Shown here piece by piece: positions 49,064 through 56,742 of a DNA stretch of 64,000 bases. The DNA is taken from assembly GCA_028872875.1 (NCBI GenBank), contig JAGWOC010000005.1, positions 4,114 through 68,113 on the forward strand, given 5' to 3'. Each line of letters opens with the position of its first letter. The stretch's first letter is position 1. The translations under genes were made by a program, and so were the position numbers. Below the pieces are notes generated by a model. It was not told the origin of the DNA. It saw only the letters and a program-made list of their open reading frames with translations, and did no database searches. The DNA comes from Chloroflexota bacterium. GTDB taxonomy: Bacteria; Chloroflexota; Dehalococcoidia; DSTF01; JACRBR01.

Positions 49064-49744
49064 ATGCAGGCCATCATCGAGACGTACGAAGGTGCGGCGT
49101 CCGTGCCCCAGAGCGAGGCCGCAACGGGCGCGCGCTACTGGCAGCGCCTCCGCGAGCCGGACATGCTCGTGGCCCGCGACATCGCGCTCATCCGCCGCGT
49201 CCCGCGGGGCCGGCCCGTGCTCGACGTCGGCTGCGGGAACGGCGGCTTCGTGCGCGCCTGCCGCCGCCAGGGGATCGACGCGGTCGGCGTCGAGGCCTTC
49301 GCGGCTTCGGCGCGGGTGGCGGCGCGCGCCGGCACGAGCGTGCTGCACGCGGCGGGCGAGGAGCTGCCGGTGCGCGGCGGCGCGATGGACGTCGTGCGGC
49401 TGAAGGAGGTGCTGGAGCACGTGCAGGCGCCTCTGGCGCTGGCGGCCGAGATGCGCCGCGTGCTGCGTCCGGGAGGCGTCTTCCTCGCGTACGTGCCGAC
49501 GCAGTGGTCACAGTTGTACCCGTTTCCGGCGAACTTCTACGACGACTACACGCACGTGCGGGCGTTCAGCCGCGTCGGCATGCAGCGCTTGTTGGAAGAT
49601 GCTGGTTACGAGCGCATCTCGATCGAGGGGTACACGCCGGCGCTGCGCGGCTGGCAGCGGCCGCTGGCGGCGGCGCTGTCGCGCGGGTTCCCCTTCTTGT
49701 GGCGCGCCATCGCATTCGCGCCGACCGGTGGGAGCGCGGCATGA
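49064..49744 (+). CDS. Class I SAM-dependent methyltransferase.
   Basis: 226 aa. Motif I 'VLDVGCGNGGFV' and motif post-I 'DVVRLKEVLEHV'. Falls within the long alternate-frame track ORF 48035-49744. Confidence 0.8.
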   Translation: MQAIIETYEGAASVPQSEAATGARYWQRLREPDMLVARDIALIRRVPRGRPVLDVGCGNGGFVRACRRQGIDAVGVEAFAASARVAARAGTSVLHAAGEELPVRGGAMDVVRLKEVLEHVQAPLALAAEMRRVLRPGGVFLAYVPTQWSQLYPFPANFYDDYTHVRAFSRVGMQRLLEDAGYERISIEGYTPALRGWQRPLAAALSRGFPFLWRAIAFAPTGGSAA

Positions 49745-50277
49745 GCGCGGCGGGTGCCGTGGCGCGCCGGCAGGGAGCCGGCCTCAGCGGTGCGGCGCCC
49801 GGGCGAGGCGGCGCGCTGGCCAAGGCGCTGCGAGGGATGCTGCCCCGCCTCGTCCTGCGCGCCGCCGCCTCGTTGCTGCTGGTGAGCGCCGGCGCAGCGC
49901 TGGTGCGAGAGGTGCCCGTGGCGCCTCCGACGTGGTCCGCCCGCCAGCGCGCGCTCGCCGCGTTCCCCTCCAGCCTGCCGCAACCGCCGGGCACGCGGAT
50001 CGTCGGCGCGGGCGCTGGCAAGGAGCTGCCCTACCGGATCGACGCCACAGCCCCGCTCACGCCGCAGGCCGTCGCCGCGTACTACGGGCGGACAGCGGCG
50101 ACGGGCGGCTGGGCCGCCAGCGCCGCCGGCGCCAGGCCCGGCCGGATCGAGCTCCTGCACACCAACGCCCGGGGCCGCACCGACTTCGTCGCGCACGTCG
50201 AGGTCACCCCGGATGGCGGTGCCAGCCGCGTGATCATCGAGTTCTCGCCACTGCCGCTGGTCCTCGGGGGGCTGTAG
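49741..50277 (+). CDS. Hypothetical signal-anchored protein.
   Basis: 178 aa. ATGA overlap with the methyltransferase stop. 'LVLRAAASLLLVSAGAALV'. Confidence 0.5.
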   Translation: MSAAGAVARRQGAGLSGAAPGRGGALAKALRGMLPRLVLRAAASLLLVSAGAALVREVPVAPPTWSARQRALAAFPSSLPQPPGTRIVGAGAGKELPYRIDATAPLTPQAVAAYYGRTAATGGWAASAAGARPGRIELLHTNARGRTDFVAHVEVTPDGGASRVIIEFSPLPLVLGGL

Positions 50278-51644
50278 TGACGCGCGCGGCAGCGACGCCG
50301 GCGGCCGCGTGGCGAGCATGCGCGACCATCGCCCGGCCGCGGATGCGCGCCTTCTCGCTCGGATGGCTGCGGGAGGCGGGGGCGGCAGACCGGCTCGCCG
50401 CGCTCGGCCGCGGCTTCGCCCCGGCGCTGCTGCTGCTCTTCGCCGGCGCTGAAGCCGGCGTGCTGGCCGCCTGGCTGCCCGGCACGCTGCACCAGTGGTG
50501 GCGCGCCGGGCCGCTGGCGCCCGGCGACCGGCCGATGGGCGACTGGAGCGTCTTCTACGATTCCGCGAAGCACTTCACGCCGAACGGGCTGTACAACCCT
50601 GGCCTGGCGGTGATTGAGCGGCCCCTGACGCTCCTCTCGATGGCCGCGGCGTACCGGCTGTACGTCGCGCTGGCGGCACTGGCGGTGCTGGCGACCGCGT
50701 TCCTCGCGCAGCGGTACGTGCGTTCGCCGGAGGCGAAGCTGGCCGTCGTCCTGGGCGTGGTCGCGCTGCCAGAGATGCAGTTCGCGCTGCGCGGGGCCGT
50801 GCTGACGCCGTTTCTGGCCCTGGGGACGCTCGCGGGATTCCTGCTGCTGGAACGGCATCCGGCGCGCGCCGGCGCCTGCTTCGCCTTGCTGATGCTGAAG
50901 CCCTCGTTTGCCCCGCTGCTCGTGCTGTACCTGCTGTTCCGGCGGCAGTGGCGCGCGCTCGCCGTCATGGCCGGCATGACCGCGGCGATGAGCGCGACCG
51001 GCTTCGCCGCGATGGGAGGCGGCTACGCGCTCACGTACGCGCGCCTGCCGTTCGACCTCGGCGCCAGCCAGGGGGGCTGGCTCTCCGCGACGGCGCAGAC
51101 GTGGCAGCACTCGTGGCCGGGCGTCCTCATCAGCGCCGGCATCACGCCACGGCCCGCGCTGTGGCTGGAGCTGGTGCTGCTGAGCCTCGTCACGGTCTCT
51201 GTCGCCTGGCGCAGGACGGACATCGAAACGCAGGCAGCGGTGACGGCACTCGGCCTGCTGCTGGTCACGCCATACGCGATGTCCTACGACTGGGGGCTGC
51301 TCGCCGTGGGCGGCGCGCTGCTGCTGCGTTCCAGAGGGCCCGCCAGGACGCTCGTGCCGTTCCTGCTCGTCGGCGGGTTCGCGGCGGCGGTGCTCACGCA
51401 GGCGGCGACGCCGTACCCGCCACCGCCGCCCGTGATCGGCGATGGGTCGGTGACCTGGCCGCACGCCACGTACGGCTTCTACTGGAGCGCCCCGTTCGCG
51501 CTCGTCGCGATCATGGCCCTGGCGGTCACTGGACGGCGCGCCACGCGCGGGTCCGCCCACCGACCGCTGCCGCTGCGCTCCCGCGTCGAAGACGTGATCG
51601 AACTCGAGGAGATCGGCGAGCGCGCCACGCGTGAGGCCGCGTAG
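50277..51644 (+). CDS. Second DUF2029/GT87-like polytopic membrane protein (paralog).
   Basis: GTG shares 1 nt with the upstream TAG. An alternative ATG lies at 50343 (MRAFSLGW). Collinear with 46790-47980. Confidence 0.7.
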   Translation: MTRAAATPAAAWRACATIARPRMRAFSLGWLREAGAADRLAALGRGFAPALLLLFAGAEAGVLAAWLPGTLHQWWRAGPLAPGDRPMGDWSVFYDSAKHFTPNGLYNPGLAVIERPLTLLSMAAAYRLYVALAALAVLATAFLAQRYVRSPEAKLAVVLGVVALPEMQFALRGAVLTPFLALGTLAGFLLLERHPARAGACFALLMLKPSFAPLLVLYLLFRRQWRALAVMAGMTAAMSATGFAAMGGGYALTYARLPFDLGASQGGWLSATAQTWQHSWPGVLISAGITPRPALWLELVLLSLVTVSVAWRRTDIETQAAVTALGLLLVTPYAMSYDWGLLAVGGALLLRSRGPARTLVPFLLVGGFAAAVLTQAATPYPPPPPVIGDGSVTWPHATYGFYWSAPFALVAIMALAVTGRRATRGSAHRPLPLRSRVEDVIELEEIGERATREAA

Positions 51645-51650
51645 GCGCCG

Positions 51651-52097
51651 CTACTTGCCGCTGATGATGTTGCGTAACCGCTCGATGAGCGTGCGCTGGA
51701 ACCCGCGCTCGCGCTCGGCGTTCCAGGAGTGTTCGGCGCGGGCGGCGCGCTTCATGCCCGCCATGCGCTCGCGCATCAGCGTGCGGACACGCTCCGCGCC
51801 GCCGTCGTCGAGCCAGAAGCCGTGTTCGTCGTCGCAGGCGTCGAGCTCCAGGTGTTCGCCGCGGAAGTCGAAGGCGGCCATCGGCTTTCCGCACGAGGGG
51901 CATTTGAGCGTGCTCTCGCGCTCGGCGTACTCGATCGTGCCGGCGAGCGCGTCGCCGCTGGCGGCGGTCGCCTCCAACTCCTCGAACTCGTGCAGGTCGA
52001 ACCAGCCGCCCTTGCAGGTAGGGCACTGCTGGTACGGGACGGCGTGGTCCTCGCCAGCCTGCAACTGCGCGCCGTCGCGCGGGCATGTGAGCGCCAT
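51651..52097 (-). CDS. Zinc-ribbon protein (two CPxCG motifs).
   Basis: 148 aa from MALTCPRDGA with RBS GAGGAGG. 'CPTCKGGWF' ... 'CPSCGKPM'. The track ORF extends upstream to 52307. Confidence 0.6.
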   Translation of the reverse strand: MALTCPRDGAQLQAGEDHAVPYQQCPTCKGGWFDLHEFEELEATAASGDALAGTIEYAERESTLKCPSCGKPMAAFDFRGEHLELDACDDEHGFWLDDGGAERVRTLMRERMAGMKRAARAEHSWNAERERGFQRTLIERLRNIISGK

Positions 52098-52272
52098 CGG
52101 GACCTCCTCGGTGTTGGACTGCCATCCCCTGCATCCATCATAGGCGATCGCGCACCGCGTGCATGCAACAGGATCGTTGCGCGGCGGCGCTCGTGCATCG
52201 GCGCGCGCCGTGTTACACAGGATGCGGCGCCGGCCGCGCGGGCGGCGCGCGCTGTGTGACAGGAGCATCCGC

Positions 52273-53517
52273 ATGGCCCCCGAGCGCCTCGGATTCGGCA
52301 TCTTCATGGCACCGTTCCACCGGCTGGGCGAGCATCCGACGCTTGCGTTGCGCCGTGACCTCGACCTGATCGCCTGGCTCGACGAGCTGGGCTACGACGA
52401 GGCGTGGGTCGGCGAGCACCACTCCGGCGGCTGGGAGACCATCGCCAGCCCGGAGATGTTCCTCGCGGCGGCGGGCGAGCGCACGCAGCGGATCCGCCTG
52501 GGCACGGGCGTCGTCAGCATCCCCTACCACCATCCGTTTCATGTCGCGGACCGCATCGTGCTGCTCGACCACCTGACGCGCGGCCGGGCGATGCTGGGCG
52601 TCGGCCCCGGCCAACTGCCGGCCGACGCGTACATGCTCGGCATCGACCCGGCGACGCAGCGCGCTCGGATGGACGAGGGCCTGGGGTTGATCATCCGCCT
52701 GCTGACGGAGGAAGCGCCGATCACGTACGAGGGCGAGTGGTTTCGGCTGCGGGACGCGCAGCTCCAGCTCAAGCCGCTGCAGCGGCCGACCGTGCCGATG
52801 GCCGTTGCGTCGACGATCAGTCCGGCGGGGATGACGACGGCGGGGAAGCACGGCGTCGGCGTACTCTCCGTGGGCTCGTACTCGCAGGAGGGCTTGCAGG
52901 CGCTGACGACGCAGTGGTCGTTCTGCGAGAAGGCGGCCGCGGAGGCCGGGCGGCCCGCGCCTGACCGCGCGGGCTGGCGCGTCGTCATGCCGTTCCACCT
53001 CGCCGAGACGAAGGAACGGGCGATCGAGCAGGCGCAGGACGGACTGCTGCGGTGGCAGAACGACTACTTCGCCAAGACATTCGGCGTCTACAACAACACG
53101 GAGTTCAAGACGGGGCGCGAGCTGGCGGAGCAGCTCAACGGCGTCGGCTTCATCATCGGCACGCCGGACGATGCGATCGAGAGTATCAGGAAGCTCCAGC
53201 AGCTATCGGGCGGCTTCGGTGCGTTCCTCGGGCTCGCGCACGAGTGGGCGGACCGCGGGCAGACGTTGCACAGCTTCGAGTTGATGGCGCGCTACGTGAT
53301 GCCGGAGTTCCAGGACCAGAACACATGGCTGCGCCGCTCGAACGAGTGGACGCAGGCGCACAAAGAAGGACTCATCGGCGGCACGCGCGCGGCGATCTTC
53401 AAGGCGATCGCGGAGAACAGGGACGCGGCGCCGCTGTTGCCTGGCATGATCCAGCAGGCGGCGGCGCAGGCGGCGCCGGCCCCGCCCGCGGCGGAGGATG
53501 CGGCCAGCCAGCGGTAG
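52273..53517 (+). CDS. Luciferase-like (LLM) flavin-dependent monooxygenase/oxidoreductase.
   Basis: 414 aa from MAPERLGF (RBS AGGAG). 'WVGEHHSGGWE...IPYHHPFHVADRIVLLDHLTRGRAMLGVGPG'. Confidence 0.85.
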   Translation: MAPERLGFGIFMAPFHRLGEHPTLALRRDLDLIAWLDELGYDEAWVGEHHSGGWETIASPEMFLAAAGERTQRIRLGTGVVSIPYHHPFHVADRIVLLDHLTRGRAMLGVGPGQLPADAYMLGIDPATQRARMDEGLGLIIRLLTEEAPITYEGEWFRLRDAQLQLKPLQRPTVPMAVASTISPAGMTTAGKHGVGVLSVGSYSQEGLQALTTQWSFCEKAAAEAGRPAPDRAGWRVVMPFHLAETKERAIEQAQDGLLRWQNDYFAKTFGVYNNTEFKTGRELAEQLNGVGFIIGTPDDAIESIRKLQQLSGGFGAFLGLAHEWADRGQTLHSFELMARYVMPEFQDQNTWLRRSNEWTQAHKEGLIGGTRAAIFKAIAENRDAAPLLPGMIQQAAAQAAPAPPAAEDAASQR

Positions 53518-53645
53518 CGACGCGCGGGGACCGCGTCGCACCAGATCGACGTGGCGCGACCGCCGCAGGCGCAGATCGCAGGCGGGCATCGTAGGTGCGG
53601 CCTGAAGGCTGGCCGGCGGCGGGCGGCATGCTATAACTGAGCGTC

Positions 53646-53722
53646 CCCAGGGTAGCCAAGCGGCCTAAGGCAACGGTCTGTAAAACCGTGTATCGGTGGT
53701 TCGAATCCACCCCCTGGGACCA
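53646..53722 (+). tRNA. tRNA with anticodon GUA (Tyr-like) but a class I (short variable arm) structure; identity uncertain.
   Basis: Acceptor CCCAGGG/CCCTGGG, D-loop AGCGGCCTAAGG, anticodon stem ACGGT/ACCGT with loop CTGTAAA, 5-nt variable region, T-arm GGTGG-TTCGAAT-CCACC, ACCA 3' end encoded. Confidence 0.65.
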
Positions 53723-53838
53723 TGCTCTAGCATCGCGATCGGCGTGTACGGGGGCGCCGATTTCGCTTCTGTGCGGGAGATGCGCGCGACGGCCGATGCG
53801 ATGCGCGCACGGGGACGGCGCGCTCTCCGCATCCCCCG

Positions 53839-56634
53839 TTAGTCCACCTTCGCGACATTGACGCGCACGCCGCGGTCGAAGGGCACCGGCTGCCACTGGA
53901 AGGGCCAGTAGCGAAGGTGCCCGTAGCCGCCCGCGAAGTGCAGCCACTTCACCATGCCGGGCTCCAGGTCGGAGGCCCCCTTCCAGGTGCGGTACATGTA
54001 CGGCTCCCACCCGTTGTAGGAGATCACCTGTCCCGGCCGCACGGTGGCGGAGAGTTTCACCGGCACGATGAACGCGCCCAGGTCGTTCTGGACCTCGACC
54101 TCCTCCTCGTCGCGGATGTTGAGGCGCGCGGCGTCGTCGTCGTTCATCACCAGGTGCGGCCTGCCGCGGTGGGTCTGCAAGAGGAGCTTGTTGGTGATGT
54201 TCATGGAGTGGATGCTCCAGCGGTTGTGTCCGCTGGTCATGACGAAGGGGTAGTCGCCGCCCTGGGGCGGGTTGTCCTTGTGACACGGCAGCGCTTCGCC
54301 GGCTTCGATGAACCACTCGTGGTCGATGTAGAACTGGGCACGCCGCGTCAGCGTCGGATACGGGACCTTCTTCTCGGTGTGCCAGGTGAACGCCGTGTGC
54401 GTCTCGTCCGTCTTGATATCGGCCGCCTGGCTGTGCGACATCGGCCCGATGCCCCAGTTGAGGAATCGCATGTAGCCCTGCTCGCGCAGCGTGTCGAGCG
54501 ACGTGCCCTCGGGCAGGTTGCCCGCTTCGACCGCGTCGCTCACCCATTCGCGTGCCACGGCCTCCGTGTTGTCGAGCGAGCCGTCCACCGTGAACTGCTG
54601 CCTGAGGCCGGCGAACTGGTGCACATTGCCGAGCGCGTCGGTGCACTCGCCGATGCCGCGGGCCTTGGCGCGCCCCTCGATCTTCTCGGCCAGCATGACG
54701 GCCATCTCGACCTCCGGCATCACGCCGTCCGGCGGGTCGACCGCCTTGTCCGAGAACGTCAGGTTCATCAGGTGCGGCGTCGGGAACATGAAGGCGATCT
54801 TCTCGTAATGGTGGGCGACGGGCAGGACGTAGTCGGAGTACATACCGGTGGTGGTCATCCGCCAGTCGACGCTCACGATGCAGCGGAGCTTTTCCCAGAG
54901 GTGGGGGAGCAGCAGGTTCTGGCCGCCGCGCGTGCGGCGCAGCGCGTTGCCGCCGACCTCGAAGTAGACGCGCGGCGGAGCGGCCGATGCGGTCCGCCCG
55001 GCGCTCTTCCACCAGTCTTTGTCGAGCGCCTCGGCGATGTAGTCGTCGAACGGCCGCTGCATCGTGGGGTCGTTGTACGCGCGGTTGTTCCAGTGCTCCT
55101 TGTAGCCCCAGTGGTAGTACCAGAGCATCGCCGGCGGGACCATGCCCTGCGTCTGCGAGAAGCGGTGCATCAGCTCGATGTGCGCCATCTCCTCCGTGCG
55201 GGTCGGGTCTTCGCGCTTGACCAGCTCAAGGAGCGCCTTCCGCATGTTGAGGACATTGCGCGCCTCGGCGCGGCCGGTCTTTCCCTTGGCGAACGAGAGG
55301 AACGGGCCATCGAAGCCGGCAACGGACCACTCCACCGGGCCGGTGCCCTTGCGGCCCCAGTTGCCGGTGAGCGCGAGCACCAGCAGGTACGACCGCAGTA
55401 TCAGGTCGGAGTGGTAGTACTTGAACGACGTCGCGCCGCAGAAAATACTGCCGCGCTTGCTGGCGATCTTCCGGGCGAGCGTGCGGATGATCTCCGGGTT
55501 CACGCCGCACATGGCCGAGGCTTGTTCCGGCGTGTAGTCCGCCAGGCGCTCCTTCATCAGCTCGAAGACGGGTACAACCTGCGTCATCGTCCCGTCCTTG
55601 AGCTGGACGGTGCGCGGGCCGGTCAGCGCCGGTTGCATCCCCGCAAGAGCGAGCGTTTCGAGCGGCGCCTCAGCGACACGCCCGCTGCGCTCGTCCCAGA
55701 TGTAGAACTGGTCGTCGCGGCCGCCAGCCTGCAGGTCGGTCTGCCGGAGGAACCGCTGGTTGTCGACGCGCACCAGCAGCGGCAGGTCGGTCTGCTCGCA
55801 GATGAACTCCTTCTTGAAGAGGCCCTCTTCGATGATCACCTGTGCCATGGCGAGCCCGAGTGCGGCGTCGGTGCCGGGCTTGATCGGCACGAAGTAGTCG
55901 GCGTGCGTGTGCGACGGGCTGGTATCGGGGGCGACGAGCACGATCTCCGCGCCCTTGTAGCGCGCCTCCGAGGTGAAGTGGTGGGAGGGGATCATCGTGT
56001 ACGCCGGGTTGCTGTGCGTGTACATGATGAACTCGGCATGGAAGATGTCGTCGATGCTGCTCGCCGGGTCGAACTTGCCGAAGGTGAGGTAGATGCCAGG
56101 CGAGAAGTCGTTGATGGTCGCGTTGGTGTCCAGGGCAACACCCCCGAGGATGCCGACCAGGCGTGAGAACATGAGGCCGGTCATCAGGCCGCCCTCGCCG
56201 GGCGTGCCCTCGTCGATGATCGTCTCCGGCCCGCCCTCCTCGATCGCGTCGAGGATCTGGTCCGCGATCTCAGTCAGCGCCTGATCCCAGGAGATCCGCG
56301 CCCATTTGCCTTCACCGCGCGCGCCGGCGCGCTTCAACGGGTGCAGGACGCGCTCGGGCGCGTAGAGCAGTCGGCTCCACGCCGCGCCTTTCTGGCAACC
56401 CAGCGGGTTCATGTCCGGCACGCCTTCCTCGACGACCGGCATGGTCCCCGCCTGCTCCTCGGCGACGACGGCACCGTCCTTCACGTAGACGCGATACGGG
56501 CAGTTCCCCGGATAGCAGTCGACGCAATGCGTCCCCCAGGTGACGCGGTCCCAGCGCGCGCTCTCGCGATAGCGTTCCTCGGAGGGGACGGCCTGCGCGC
56601 TGGCTGGCGGCGATTCGCGCGGCGGCGTGGACAT
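53839..56634 (-). CDS. Molybdopterin (bis-MGD) oxidoreductase catalytic subunit, NarG-like type II DMSO-reductase family, cytoplasmic (paralog 1).
   Basis: 931 aa from MSTPP (RBS GGGAGG). FS0 motif 'HCVDCYPGNCPYRVYVKDG' ...'NPLGCQKGA'. No twin-arginine signal. Confidence 0.9.
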   Translation of the reverse strand: MSTPPRESPPASAQAVPSEERYRESARWDRVTWGTHCVDCYPGNCPYRVYVKDGAVVAEEQAGTMPVVEEGVPDMNPLGCQKGAAWSRLLYAPERVLHPLKRAGARGEGKWARISWDQALTEIADQILDAIEEGGPETIIDEGTPGEGGLMTGLMFSRLVGILGGVALDTNATINDFSPGIYLTFGKFDPASSIDDIFHAEFIMYTHSNPAYTMIPSHHFTSEARYKGAEIVLVAPDTSPSHTHADYFVPIKPGTDAALGLAMAQVIIEEGLFKKEFICEQTDLPLLVRVDNQRFLRQTDLQAGGRDDQFYIWDERSGRVAEAPLETLALAGMQPALTGPRTVQLKDGTMTQVVPVFELMKERLADYTPEQASAMCGVNPEIIRTLARKIASKRGSIFCGATSFKYYHSDLILRSYLLVLALTGNWGRKGTGPVEWSVAGFDGPFLSFAKGKTGRAEARNVLNMRKALLELVKREDPTRTEEMAHIELMHRFSQTQGMVPPAMLWYYHWGYKEHWNNRAYNDPTMQRPFDDYIAEALDKDWWKSAGRTASAAPPRVYFEVGGNALRRTRGGQNLLLPHLWEKLRCIVSVDWRMTTTGMYSDYVLPVAHHYEKIAFMFPTPHLMNLTFSDKAVDPPDGVMPEVEMAVMLAEKIEGRAKARGIGECTDALGNVHQFAGLRQQFTVDGSLDNTEAVAREWVSDAVEAGNLPEGTSLDTLREQGYMRFLNWGIGPMSHSQAADIKTDETHTAFTWHTEKKVPYPTLTRRAQFYIDHEWFIEAGEALPCHKDNPPQGGDYPFVMTSGHNRWSIHSMNITNKLLLQTHRGRPHLVMNDDDAARLNIRDEEEVEVQNDLGAFIVPVKLSATVRPGQVISYNGWEPYMYRTWKGASDLEPGMVKWLHFAGGYGHLRYWPFQWQPVPFDRGVRVNVAKVD

Positions 56635-56742
56635 GGTCAACCTCCCGGCGGCTCGGGCCGGAGCCGCGCTACGACGCTGTCATGGCGTCGCCCCGTCGCG
56701 GAAGGCGGCGGGCGGCGCATGCTCGATGCGCTGCGGTGGCGG

